Below, piece after piece: positions 20,331-31,265 of a stretch of 64,000 nt of DNA (position 1 is its first letter; each line of letters starts with the position of its first letter). The stretch covers positions 1,054,001-1,118,000 of the forward strand of contig CP128817.1 of NCBI GenBank assembly GCA_051546255.1, in the 5' to 3' direction. Position numbers and translations under genes: made by a program. The notes beneath the pieces are model-generated. The model had not been told where the DNA came from. It saw only the letters and a program-made list of their open reading frames with translations, and did not search any database. The stretch comes from Meyerozyma guilliermondii (lineage: Eukaryota).

Positions 20331-22430
20331 ATGGCTCCTCTTACAGTACCAGTTGGAGAGGCTAAGCCTGGAGAAACTGCTCCTAGACGTAAGCTTTCCC
20401 AAAAAGATGCACCTTTGGAACGTCCCACCGACATAAAATCTACCAATGTTGCTGACTACTTTTTTGAGGTCGCCGGTATCCACGGCAATATCAATGCTGT
20501 GGGTTACAGAGAGCTCATCGACACCCATGTCGAGACGAAAAAGGTCACCAAGTTGGTGGATGGTCAAGAGAAACAGGTGGACAAGGAGTGGACTTTTTAT
20601 GAGATGTCCCATTACAAGTACATCAAGTTCCCGGAAATGGTCAAGTTGTTGAAGGATTATGGCCGTGGTCTTGTCAAGTTGGGATTGAAGCCTAATCAGC
20701 AGGATAAATTGCATATCTTTGCTTCCACTTCACACCGGTGGATGCTAACCTTCTTGGCTTCCGCCACCCAAAACATCCCCATTGTCACTGCCTATGACAC
20801 CTTGGGAGAATCGGGTCTTACCCACTCGATGATTCAAACCGAGTCCAATGCTGTGTTTACCGACAACGTTCTCCTCGACCAATTGGTCAAACCATTGGAA
20901 AAGGCTAAGGATATTCGTTTCGTCATCCATGGCGATAAAATTGATTCAAGCGATAAGCGTATGCAAGGAAAGTTCTATTCGAATGCGGTCAAGGCAAAGG
21001 AAGAGATTTTGAAGGTGAGACCTGATATCAAGTTCATGTCCATGGATGAAATCATCGAGCTTGGTAAAGAGAACAAGGATATCCCCTTGCAATCTGCTAA
21101 ACCAGAGGACTTGGCTTGTATCATGTATACTTCCGGCTCTTCTGGAGAACCCAAGGGTGTTGTGCTTAGCAATGCCAATATTCTTGGTGGTGTGGGCGGT
21201 GTTTCAAGCAACGTTCCAAGAAAAGTTGTTTCGTCAAAGGACAGAGTTATTGGCTTCTTACCTTTGGCCCATATCTTTGAGTTGACTTTCGAGTTGGTCT
21301 GTTTCTGGTGGGGTTCGTGCATCGGTTACGCTAATGTGAAGACTCTCACAGACACCCTGTGTAGAAACTGTGACTCTGATATGGTGGAGTTCAAGCCAAC
21401 TGTCATGGTTGGTGTGGCCGCTGTATGGGAATCGGTGAGAAAAGGTGTTTTGGCAAAGGTCAAGCAATTGCCTCCTTTGACTCAAAAGCTCTTTTGGGCC
21501 GCTTACAAGATGAAGTCTACCATGACCCATTACCATATTCCGTTCGCCAGTGCTTTTGATATCATTTTCAAAAAGGTGAGAGCCGCCACGGGTGGTCACT
21601 TGAGATACACCATGAATGGTGGCTCTCCTATCTCTCTGGATGCTCAAATCTTTATCAGTACCTTGATTGCACCTATGTTGCTTGGTTATGGATTGACGGA
21701 AACTTGCGCCAACACAACCGTCTGCGAGCCAGACAAGTTTGAATACCATGTTGCTGGAACATTGACCGGTGCTGTCACCGCCAAGTTGGTTGATGTCGAG
21801 GAAGCCGGTTACTTTGCCAGCAATAACCAAGGTGAAATCTGGATTAAGGGAACATGTGTGACTAAAGAGTATTTCAAGAATGAAAAGGAGACTGCTGAAG
21901 CATTTACCCCAGATGGTTGGTTCAAGACTGGAGATATCTGTGAATGGACTAGCAATGGTGCCCTCAAGATTATCGACCGTAAGAAGAATTTGGTGAAGAC
22001 CTTGAACGGTGAATACATTGCCTTAGAAAAGCTCGAGTCTGTATACAGATCGAACCCAATCGTTTTGAACTTGTGTGTGTACGCTGACCTGACCAAGGTT
22101 AAGCCTATTGCCATAGTTATCCCCAACGAGGGCCACTTTAGAGAGTTTGTCGCCGAGACAAATATCTACTCGCAATCTGAACTCAAGACGAAGGATCTTT
22201 CGCACTTTTGTGACGACAAGCGCGTAGCTAGAGCAGTTCAGAAATCCCTTGTGAAAACAGGACAAGCTCAGGGCTTGAAGGGCATTGAATTACTTCAAGC
22301 TGTGGTATTGTTGGATACCGAGTGGACCCCACAAAATGGATTTGTGACTTCTGCGCAGAAGTTGCAAAGACGTAAGATTTTGGAATCCTGCAAAGACAAG
22401 GTTGATGCAGCTTATTCAGACTCCCCATAG
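20331..22430 (+). CDS. Long-chain fatty acyl-CoA synthetase (Faa1/Faa4 family); 699 aa
   Basis: IMYTSGSSGEPKGV AMP-binding motif, GYGLTET, DGWFKTGDI, IIDRKKNLVKTLNGEYIALEKLE. Confidence 0.96.
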   Translation: MAPLTVPVGEAKPGETAPRRKLSQKDAPLERPTDIKSTNVADYFFEVAGIHGNINAVGYRELIDTHVETKKVTKLVDGQEKQVDKEWTFYEMSHYKYIKFPEMVKLLKDYGRGLVKLGLKPNQQDKLHIFASTSHRWMLTFLASATQNIPIVTAYDTLGESGLTHSMIQTESNAVFTDNVLLDQLVKPLEKAKDIRFVIHGDKIDSSDKRMQGKFYSNAVKAKEEILKVRPDIKFMSMDEIIELGKENKDIPLQSAKPEDLACIMYTSGSSGEPKGVVLSNANILGGVGGVSSNVPRKVVSSKDRVIGFLPLAHIFELTFELVCFWWGSCIGYANVKTLTDTLCRNCDSDMVEFKPTVMVGVAAVWESVRKGVLAKVKQLPPLTQKLFWAAYKMKSTMTHYHIPFASAFDIIFKKVRAATGGHLRYTMNGGSPISLDAQIFISTLIAPMLLGYGLTETCANTTVCEPDKFEYHVAGTLTGAVTAKLVDVEEAGYFASNNQGEIWIKGTCVTKEYFKNEKETAEAFTPDGWFKTGDICEWTSNGALKIIDRKKNLVKTLNGEYIALEKLESVYRSNPIVLNLCVYADLTKVKPIAIVIPNEGHFREFVAETNIYSQSELKTKDLSHFCDDKRVARAVQKSLVKTGQAQGLKGIELLQAVVLLDTEWTPQNGFVTSAQKLQRRKILESCKDKVDAAYSDSP

Positions 22431-22476
22431 TTTACTGTTTATTATTAGCATATAGCGTATGTTTTCGAATTATTAA

Positions 22477-23661
22477 TTATCCACCGTATACACCTTTAAA
22501 TACCTTTCTTATACCCTCATTCGACATTTTCTCAAAGAGACACAATTGTAAAAGAAGTCTTGATTTCTGAGGATTAAGGTAACCACTCGCAATGACATTG
22601 CTTAGCAATGGGTTTCCTTTATCGTCTTTGAGTTTGGATAGAGAGCCTGTAGGCACCATACCATCCATAGCTCTTTTGGAATACACTACTGGAAATTCTG
22701 GCCCATATTGGCCAACCAATTTGTTAGTCGAGTCTGCCATTGAACCCGCACCCATAGTAGCAAACACCAATCCTTTTGGTTTCATATTTTGAACCACAAC
22801 AGAAATGATGTCGTTATTGAGACCTTGATGGCCGAACAATATGGGCACTTCAGGCAAGTCTTCTGGGGTAATGGAAGTTGGCAAATTAAACGACTTGAGA
22901 CCCAACGGTTTGGCTGGAGGGTAGTAATAGTGCACCTCATTATTGACAAAACTACCCAAGTATCCTTGGCCAATGGACTTGAAAGTATCCAATGAGTTTG
23001 CATTAGATTTTGTGATATAAAAACCGGAACCTATGGTGTCATTAAGAGCCACGAGAACACCTCTATTGCGCGATTCTCTGGTGGAAGCAATGACAATTGC
23101 CTGATACAAGTTCATAGGGCCATCGGATGAAATAGCAGTCGATGGACGCATGGAACCACAAAGCACGATGGGCTTGTAGGTGTTGATGGTCATTTGAAGA
23201 AAGAAAGCCGTCTCTTCCATGGTATCAGTTCCATGAGTAATAACAATGGCATCATACTGAGACAAGTCGGCCTTCACCTTGTTGTGTAGCATCAACAATT
23301 CCCGTGGTCCAAACTCCTTTGAGTCGATATTCAAGATTTGTTCATATTCCAAATTGCAAGTTGTTGATAAATCTGGAATCGATTTGATCAAATCTTCAAT
23401 TGTGAGATCCACCTGATACCCGGCTGTCTGGTGAGAGCTTCCGCCTTTGGCAGCAATGGTTCCACCGGTTCCAAGCACCTTGATGGTGGGAAGAGTATCA
23501 TATCCACCCGATGTCTCGGAGATTCCACTACCGAAACTAATTACTGAATTGGACCGGTATTTGATACGGAAGCTTTGAAGCTCGGTATTCACATCGCTAT
23601 CCTCATATTCAATGTCGTATCCGCCCTCGCTGACCGAAACCAGATCTAGAGCGCTTGTCAT
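22477..23661 (-). CDS. ASP1: Cytosolic L-asparaginase
   Basis: LGTGGTIA and ITHGTDTMEET asparaginase signatures; SMRPSTAISSDGPMNL; no signal peptide; first ATG at 23661. Confidence 0.93.
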   Translation of the reverse strand: MTSALDLVSVSEGGYDIEYEDSDVNTELQSFRIKYRSNSVISFGSGISETSGGYDTLPTIKVLGTGGTIAAKGGSSHQTAGYQVDLTIEDLIKSIPDLSTTCNLEYEQILNIDSKEFGPRELLMLHNKVKADLSQYDAIVITHGTDTMEETAFFLQMTINTYKPIVLCGSMRPSTAISSDGPMNLYQAIVIASTRESRNRGVLVALNDTIGSGFYITKSNANSLDTFKSIGQGYLGSFVNNEVHYYYPPAKPLGLKSFNLPTSITPEDLPEVPILFGHQGLNNDIISVVVQNMKPKGLVFATMGAGSMADSTNKLVGQYGPEFPVVYSKRAMDGMVPTGSLSKLKDDKGNPLLSNVIASGYLNPQKSRLLLQLCLFEKMSNEGIRKVFKGVYGG

Positions 23662-24041
23662 TTGAAACCACAAAGTTTTTGCAATCTGACTCCGAAAGTA
23701 AATTTCGCAACTGCGTGCGCGCTACTTTAAACGTGGATCCCACCACATAAGGCACGTGACTGAAATTGTTTAATTTTCAATGACATACAGACCAACAGCT
23801 ACCCTTTACCTGATTCAATTACCTAGTATGAAAACGTCCTTAGAAAGAAAACTTTACTCTGATAACTAACTAAAAGCATACTTTGCAAATTGTATTTTTG
23901 GCTATTTATTGCCAGCTTCTGTCCCACTTTTCGCAGCCGCTGCCCGCACAACCGCGCACACTCCGCACCCTCTCCTATACTGCCCCTCCGCCGCTCTCCC
24001 TCACCGCCGCAAATGGCCCCGAAAACACCCCCACGCATCCA

Positions 24042-25474
24042 ATGGAGCTCAAGTAGCCAAAAGCATGGCGAAGGGCGAGACTGATCGCTTCGACTCTTCA
24101 TCTCGTTTGCAATACAATATGATTTTAAACTTAACGAGAGTGGAGGGAATATATTGAAATTTCAGGTCGGCCCATGCATTCTCCCAATGTGAGAACGCAT
24201 CTTCTATGTCAGTTATCGATACCCAGTTGAAGAAGCTTTAATCAAGAATTTGAGGTCTTCACATTGATGATGAAGTACCCTCAAAGTGTTCTTCAAGATC
24301 AATAAACAACTTGAGCAAGAAAAGCAAGATATGAGACAATTTTCACTCATTCAGGCCACATTTTACCTCACCTTCGAGCGGGGAGAGTTATCAAGACAAG
24401 AGTAGGAACTGACGACCAAGGATGGGCATGGTAACAAGCTCCCAATAACGTAATAGCAAACGCAAAACATCTGGCACCTACAAGAACTACGAGCTGTACA
24501 TTGTAACCGTTTCGTTTGCTCTATGTTTGTGGACGCTCGATCAAGCCTTTCAATCACGTAATTCTTAAAGGTATTCACCCTTTCCAGGAGCGGAGTATAT
24601 TCCCACTACCCTTGACTGTATCCAATCAATTATTAGAGTTCGGTTGAAAGTCCCCAACGAGTTCAAGCGGTCAAGCGTTTAGCGCATCCTTGTGAAAGCA
24701 ATATAAGATTTCCCGATGCGGCTTGCCTACGATATTCCTTGATTTGATCCTGTTTTCATTATGAAGATCGATGATGGTGATTCTAAAAACTTGATTTGCA
24801 AAATTGAATTAAGAATAAGGGCCCTTCAGCAACCCTTAACAAGATTTTGAGCGACATCGGGAACTTTCGACCAGTATGATGCCAAGATAAGTTAGAAAAA
24901 GGAGGTTCAAGGTTATCGAAATGAAATATTAGATATAAGAGCAGTCCCTCAAATGGACGATCTCTGACACCACAAGAGAGTCTTGAGGAGATTGGCAATC
25001 ATGACACTAAAAGATGAACTTGAGCTCAAAGGAAGGGTTGCATGCGAAATCAGCAGACGAGTTGCTTCTTACCTATTTTAACTTTTAACGAATTGTCGCC
25101 AGAAGAGTGTAGTGTTCTTCTTTCGTGCTTCCTGCAGTGGGGTTGGGAGACCCACGACGTAGCCGAAACTTGCAGAGCCGCTCAACAGTATGCAAGATTG
25201 AATTAGTGGAAGAAGAGTATGTTAAACAATTCTGTCCCGGGTTAACGAAAGCGAGGCGTTCGTAGTGCAAATGAGCTATCTTCATCCATATCTGTAAGAC
25301 GACAGACATTTATCAAAGATCACTTCTTCATATGTTCAAGCGACTCAAAGAGATGCTTCGTTCATTGTTGACGACTGCGAAAACCATTTAAACTATCTCT
25401 TGCAAGAAGAAATAGGGGAAGCCATGGAAATTCTTGACAAAGGCATTGTTTCCGCTGGGCTGTTGTGTTTGTAG
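24042..25474 (+). pseudogene. MTR4: 5'-truncated, decayed copy of MTR4/DOB1 (Ski2-like RNA helicase), C-terminal half only
   Basis: Colinear fragments across frameshifts and stops: (M)[119 protein letters not shown](CTG=S)LCL-TAG at 25472-25474. Confidence 0.9.
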
Positions 25475-25558
25475 ATAGAATGGGAAGGTACAATTAACCT
25501 GTTCATTGATGTAAGGACATTCACAGTCAAATAAGTACAAATTTTGGCGCTTGCCGCT

Positions 25559-26431
25559 TTATAAGAGGTTGAAACCCTCCTTTATTCTTCCTTCCTCGAA
25601 CCAGATCCAAGCTGCTTCAGCGAAAAGTTCGGGTGCTTGTCTATGCCAGGGATGCCTCATTAGTGGGTGAACCACGGCTACGGTTGAATTGTTCATACAC
25701 TTTCCAACTTCAGCTAATTTCTTTGCATCGTCAGCTCGATCTGCAGAGGGAAGATACCAATTCTTCTTTCCGGCAGCTACCACCATAGTTCGTGAGGGCC
25801 ATGGTTTTGGGGGCCAGGAATCAATCCCAGATAGACACCTGATAATCTCTTTGCACAAAGAAAGACCATTCTTGGATTCAGGTTGCAGATTCTTCTGTAA
25901 GTCTGCCCCATCCATTGCCCAACTAACTACCGTACTTGGGATGAGCGTTTCTAATCTATTCAATAACCACAACCCATATGGTGCCATACCACCAGAAGAA
26001 AGATGGGGATACACCTCGTATCCAGATACAAACACGGCCCCATTCACGATCTCGGGATGTATAGATGCGACTCCGATGGCTATTATAGCCCCCAAGCTTA
26101 GACCCACTACTTTGGCTCTCCCGTCGATCGCAACCTCAGTTACAAGATGAGCCAAAAGAGACGATGCATTCTGAATTGTGAATGGTTGAGAAAAATTAGC
26201 GATTGCTAACCCTGGTGTGGTTTTCTCTCTGAAACAGGAAAAGTCTGGGACTATCAAATGGTACTTCCCTTTAGCCAAAAGAAAAGGGACAACAAGATCC
26301 CATTCGCTCTGAGTTGCGAAAGTACTCGGCACAAGAAGGACCGTTTCCAAGGTTGTTTCATTATCAATGGGCGAAGGATAATGGGAATTATGAGGGATTA
26401 GGAAAGAATCTGTTTGATTGATAGGGTTCAT
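25559..26431 (-). CDS. Alpha/beta-hydrolase fold protein; 290 aa
   Basis: YHLIVPD, nucleophile elbow VVGLSLGA, C-terminal His motif MRHPWHRQAPELFA. Confidence 0.85.
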   Translation of the reverse strand: MNPINQTDSFLIPHNSHYPSPIDNETTLETVLLVPSTFATQSEWDLVVPFLLAKGKYHLIVPDFSCFREKTTPGLAIANFSQPFTIQNASSLLAHLVTEVAIDGRAKVVGLSLGAIIAIGVASIHPEIVNGAVFVSGYEVYPHLSSGGMAPYGLWLLNRLETLIPSTVVSWAMDGADLQKNLQPESKNGLSLCKEIIRCLSGIDSWPPKPWPSRTMVVAAGKKNWYLPSADRADDAKKLAEVGKCMNNSTVAVVHPLMRHPWHRQAPELFAEAAWIWFEEGRIKEGFNLL

Positions 26432-27090
26432 TTCGAATTACCACTTATACTAGAAACAAACCAAGCATAAACATGCACAGATTTGGAGGACTCAAATATA
26501 GTATGCGTAATCTTTCTTTTCCAGTAAATGTATACTGAAGTGGGTGGTAAGTCTCTTTCAACTATGTGTCTAGTGCGAAATTATTGTAAAGATGGGGGTA
26601 GCAGTATGCAGGGTTGGTTTATATGTACCAAAAGACTTCCTATGGGTCACTATGGGTGTGGTGACAATACGTAGGGGTGAGTCTAGAGCGCGGCAGTTGA
26701 GACGGCTGGAGTAGTAGCTAATTACTTCAGTGTCCTTTTCTTCAATCGTATTTTATACGATATTTCTCGATATTTTCTATATATTTTCCTTCTTTCCTGC
26801 ATCCTCATATAGTCGGGCGGACAGACCAGCTCCGAACCAAATTATAAAATAAAATTCTCTGTGTGTCTCAAACGCTCTCTAATCCACCCTTACTGTTGTC
26901 TTAATATATTTCTGGCTTTGTCTCGCTTTATCCATTTATGCCCTCCAATGACTGCTAAAAAATTAACACTTTTCGCAAAAACATAAGCTTTTGCGAATGT
27001 GAGTTATTTCAATTTAGTCTGAAGTTGTTTATTTCGAATATGAATGCTCAAACAATTTATTTAATGATTGAAACAGGAAACAAATCCCCC

Positions 27091-30000
27091 TTAGACTAAG
27101 CGAAGAAATGCTAACACAGTTCCTGGGGATACTACATCTCCCTCATTGACAGCCACCTCCAATACTTCAAAGCGAGAGCTCTCATCATAGGCAGCCTTAG
27201 ACTCACCTTCATCATCAGATTCATCATCTTCTCCACCCACAGGCTTTACAGCAATTTCCATCTTCATTGCTTCAAGCATGATGATTGTATCGCTAACACC
27301 AACATGCTCACCGGTTTTATAGTTGATTTTGAAAATGTTTGCAGCCATATTACAAGTCACTTTAATGGCACTAGGATCTTGCAAGAATTTTGCCACACCT
27401 GTAGGATTTGCATTCTTCGCAATCTCACATTCTTTGATCCATTGAGCCAAAGACCTATCCTCCTCTTCCAAAAGTGTGGACATAACTTTTGCTTTCCTAT
27501 CATTGAGTTCGTCAAGCTCATCTTTAATATCAGTTAAAAACTTTGAGTATTCGCTGAAGTCAAGTACAGACTTTTCTGCTGGAATGTCCAAATTCCCTAA
27601 CAATAAGTCACGGTTAAGCTTTGTCAATTCTTCCTCGTCGACCTCGTAATAAATAACCTGGTCAAAATTGTTGAAAAACCAGGGTCTGCCATGGCTCACT
27701 TTGAGTCTACCAAAAGTGTTCCAACATAAGTCTGGAAGTCCCATGCCCCAGATAAGATACCCACCGGGGGAGTCAATTGAATATATTGAGTAACCGACAG
27801 ACCCTGATCCCAAAGCACCTTTGGGAGTGAATGTACGAGCAGGGTTGAATTTACCAGTTTTGAACCTCGTTCTAGGATCCAAATTCACGGACAAAGTGTT
27901 GGCACACAAGAAAGAGACAGCTGTCACAACTTGCGTTTGGCCAACAACATTGGCTTTGAATTGTTCTAACAGGTCGATGCAGTTAGCCTTCATTAAATAC
28001 GCAGTATTGTCTGGCAAATATGGCGCTTGAGATCTTTGGGAACGCATGTACCGTTCCATGCAATGTGCAATTGCCGAATGATCGAAACAAATTGGAAGAC
28101 GGTAAAGTGTACTTTCAATTTTCAAGCTGTCTGTTGGTGGGATGCCACTTTCCATGTGGCTCAAGATCTCAACAAGACGAGTTTGTGAGATGATTGTCGG
28201 CTCGTATATGACCGCCATGGCACCGCTGCAGCACTCAATTCTGATCAAACTTTTGGCCAAAAGACTCTCTCTTGGCTCCTCTTTGAGCTGCATTTCGAGC
28301 ACTCTTTGGCGGCCATTTTTAACCAATGTGAAATCCTCAACCCCAAAATCTAAAATGAGCATTTTTTCACCTGCCTGCCTGATGAAAAATGGCACACCTT
28401 TGTCGCCAGATGGTCGATGAAACAATATAGTGTCCTTCGTAGCTATTATTTCATTCGCCACAGGAAGGTTCTCACGAAACACAGGTAAATCAGCGGAGTT
28501 ATTCTTTGCGTTTTCCAACTCGTCCAAAAAAGCCTCCTGCTGCTGCTTGAGAGCCACTGCCTCACCATGAGAAACTTGCTTGAATCTAATTTTGCCTTTT
28601 ACCTTCGCTTGACCGGCCTTCCACCAATCGGCCATAATGGGTACTGCTATGCAAACGAAGCCAGAAAGTGTTGATCCATCGACACCAAACAAAGACACCA
28701 CATTTCCCACAATACTGATGCCACAGCTTGGGTATGGGTACTCTAAAATGTTACTAGGGTGAGTTCCTCCATCGCCGCCATTCTTCCTCGAGAAAACGTT
28801 CGCTGGTCCATCTAAACGAATGCAGCCTCTGTTCGAATTCAAGTTAACAGTATACACTGTACTGTAGAACATTTCAAGACCTTCTTTGCTGCAGATATCG
28901 GCTGTGTCGTGGGGCCCTCCAGTGGTTCTTATCGTCCAAACAAAGTCATCGTCCACGATGTCAAGGTCAGGCTTACAAATGTGAGGAAGTTCGAAGCCAA
29001 GTTCCACCGAGTCACTGAAGCCATCTTGACGAACGACAGATAAACAGTCTCCGTCCATAATGGGCCTACCTTGATGTCCGCCTAAATTTAATGTCGGGGT
29101 ACATGACTTGGACCCCAAGTATTGAGCAACTTCGGGAAGACCGCCCTTAATGGCTAAGTAAGCCCGTGCACAGCTTCCTTGAGCTTTGCCGACCGAGATG
29201 ACGGAGCCTGCTGGGACAGAGATTGCCGTAAACATAGGAACTGACACTCCATTTATGGTGAACTTGAACTTTCCTCCAGCAAGGCAGATTGTCAATGCCG
29301 CATGGGCTCTGATGGTCGGTCCTTTCAAAGTGATTTCAAGTCCCTCGGTGCGCCGATCGTTGCCTACGACAATATTGGCCAACTGGAAAAAAAGTGGATC
29401 GGAGGGACCAGACAATGGAACTCCATGGCCAATGTCTTCCCTTCCTGGATAATCTTGAATAGTTGTGTAAGAGCCAGGCTTAACAAACTCGACTAAGTTA
29501 GGTTGGTATTGAAAGTCAGTTGTCAAAAATGTGGTTAATGTTTTACCCGTCAAAAAGTTGCTGGAGTTCAAAATCTCAGTCAAGTAGTCGATGTTATGTG
29601 TAGGGCCGTGTATGTGGCTCTTTGACAAGGCCTGAACCATTGATAGCCGGGATTTATCTCTCAGAGGTGCCCATACCATAACCTTTGCTAATAGAGGATC
29701 AAAATACGGCGAGACCTTACTTCCCGTTGATATCCAATGATCAATACGCAACTTGGACTCCTTCTCGAGCTCATCTGGAAATTCAACAAAATGCAAGACA
29801 CCCGGCGCTGGCTGAAAGTTCTTGACGGGATTTTCAGCATACACTCTGCATTCGATTGCATGTCCTCGGGGGATAGCAACACCGTCACTGTCAATTTCAC
29901 ATTTTCCTTCCTTCTCAAGGAGACTTTTGGGCATGCCTGGCTCACCGCTAGCTTCATAATCAGCTTGGAGTAACATCAACTTTACCAAGTCAACACCGTA

Positions 30001-30930
30001 GACCAATTCGGTTATGCCATGTTCCACCTGAAGTCGAGTGTTCATCTCCAAGAAATAGAAGCTGCCAGTCTCATCGTCGACAAGAAATTCTACCGTACCT
30101 GCCGATTTATACTTGACAGAAGCGGCGAGATGAGCGGCACAGGTTACTAGTTGTTTCCTCAACAGCGTCCGGCCATTTTCCACAAAAGGGCTAGGCGCTT
30201 CCTCGATGACCTTTTGATGTCTTCTTTGAATAGAGCATTCACGTTCGCCAAAGGCACGCACATAGCCCTGACCGTTGCCGAAGACTTGAACCTCGATGTG
30301 CCGACCGCATTCTACGTACTTTTCAAGGAAGGCTCCAGAGTTATTGAACAACGTTTCGCCTCTTGAGACGACCTCCTTGAATGCGTCGCTCAATTCGTCC
30401 TCCCTGTAGCAAACTTTCAAGCCCATACCACCTCCTCCAGCAGTGGACTTGAGCATGACAGGGTATCCGATTCTGTTGGCAATCAGTTGGGCTTCAGCTA
30501 TGTCCGTGATGAGTCCAGAACCGGGAACGACTGGCACATCGTTGCTTTCGGCCAAACTTCTTGCCGAGTGCTTCAAGCCAAACGTGTCGATCGATTTTCC
30601 GGTTGGTCCTGCAAACACTATACCCTTCTTCTCCAAAGCAGCTGCAAATTGTGGAGACTCAGAGAGAAAGCCATAACCTGGAACGACAACATCGGCTTTC
30701 AGGTTTATGGCGACAGACACAACGTGGTCGATATCTATATATGCCTGTGCTCCGACCCCTGGCAATAGCATAGCCTCGTCAGCTGAGAGTACGTGTAAAG
30801 ATTCAGCATCCTCGGCGGAGTATATTGCAATGCTTCGGAGTCCATTCTCCTTGCAACAACGTATTATGCGACAAGCAATCTCACCTCTGTTGGCTACCAA
30901 GACTCTCTTGATAGTGCGGAATTGTGACAT
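27091..30930 (-). CDS. Stand-alone urea-carboxylase-like biotin enzyme (LamA-like): biotin carboxylase + PxpC/AHS2 + PxpB/AHS1 + biotinyl domain; no amidase domain
   Basis: VLVANRGEIA, PGYGFLSE, GGGGMG, RECSIQRRHQKVIEEAP, FLEMNTRLQVEH (BC); TTIQDYPGR (AHS2); SPGGY (AHS1); EAMKME biotin attachment (MKM at 27259-27267). Confidence 0.92.
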   Translation of the reverse strand: MSQFRTIKRVLVANRGEIACRIIRCCKENGLRSIAIYSAEDAESLHVLSADEAMLLPGVGAQAYIDIDHVVSVAINLKADVVVPGYGFLSESPQFAAALEKKGIVFAGPTGKSIDTFGLKHSARSLAESNDVPVVPGSGLITDIAEAQLIANRIGYPVMLKSTAGGGGMGLKVCYREDELSDAFKEVVSRGETLFNNSGAFLEKYVECGRHIEVQVFGNGQGYVRAFGERECSIQRRHQKVIEEAPSPFVENGRTLLRKQLVTCAAHLAASVKYKSAGTVEFLVDDETGSFYFLEMNTRLQVEHGITELVYGVDLVKLMLLQADYEASGEPGMPKSLLEKEGKCEIDSDGVAIPRGHAIECRVYAENPVKNFQPAPGVLHFVEFPDELEKESKLRIDHWISTGSKVSPYFDPLLAKVMVWAPLRDKSRLSMVQALSKSHIHGPTHNIDYLTEILNSSNFLTGKTLTTFLTTDFQYQPNLVEFVKPGSYTTIQDYPGREDIGHGVPLSGPSDPLFFQLANIVVGNDRRTEGLEITLKGPTIRAHAALTICLAGGKFKFTINGVSVPMFTAISVPAGSVISVGKAQGSCARAYLAIKGGLPEVAQYLGSKSCTPTLNLGGHQGRPIMDGDCLSVVRQDGFSDSVELGFELPHICKPDLDIVDDDFVWTIRTTGGPHDTADICSKEGLEMFYSTVYTVNLNSNRGCIRLDGPANVFSRKNGGDGGTHPSNILEYPYPSCGISIVGNVVSLFGVDGSTLSGFVCIAVPIMADWWKAGQAKVKGKIRFKQVSHGEAVALKQQQEAFLDELENAKNNSADLPVFRENLPVANEIIATKDTILFHRPSGDKGVPFFIRQAGEKMLILDFGVEDFTLVKNGRQRVLEMQLKEEPRESLLAKSLIRIECCSGAMAVIYEPTIISQTRLVEILSHMESGIPPTDSLKIESTLYRLPICFDHSAIAHCMERYMRSQRSQAPYLPDNTAYLMKANCIDLLEQFKANVVGQTQVVTAVSFLCANTLSVNLDPRTRFKTGKFNPARTFTPKGALGSGSVGYSIYSIDSPGGYLIWGMGLPDLCWNTFGRLKVSHGRPWFFNNFDQVIYYEVDEEELTKLNRDLLLGNLDIPAEKSVLDFSEYSKFLTDIKDELDELNDRKAKVMSTLLEEEDRSLAQWIKECEIAKNANPTGVAKFLQDPSAIKVTCNMAANIFKINYKTGEHVGVSDTIIMLEAMKMEIAVKPVGGEDDESDDEGESKAAYDESSRFEVLEVAVNEGDVVSPGTVLAFLRLV

Positions 30931-31265
30931 GATCGCAATTGGTGCGGATCGAGCAGCAGATCCAGATCGTATCTATAGGTGCTATCTACCCCACATCCAG
31001 CGGCATTGCCACTTCTGGGCGAGCAGCGCATATTACTGGTAATAGCTAAACCGACAATACGATTGCGCGAATGCAGCATCATCGTCGTATCTTTTGACAT
31101 TTTGAGAAGGAAATGCGGCTCCGGTATGCAGCCAAGAAAGGCTTGTTTGGGGTATGCGATTGTTCTAGCTGGTACTACATTGCGCTTACTTCAATATGCC
31201 GCGGTGTTTACCCCCGGCCCCTCCTCTCGTCCCTATTTCTACTGCAAATTCGCAGTGATAGGGCC
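30931..31265. promoter_or_regulatory. 335-bp bidirectional promoter shared by the carboxylase and the LamB/PxpA gene
   Basis: Divergent ATGs at 30930 and 31266; several CGG/CCG triplets (e.g. gcggctccgg, gccgcggtgtttacccccgg). Confidence 0.6.

Noticed and set aside
27091..30930. Calling the carboxylase DUR1,2 (urea amidolyase)
   Set aside because: It begins directly with the biotin carboxylase domain, and no amidase-signature domain is present in it or nearby.
31113..31265. Upstream in-frame ATG extending LamB by 51 aa
   Set aside because: The extension is not LamB-like and runs through the shared promoter; ATG 31266 gives a typical family length. Not formally excluded.
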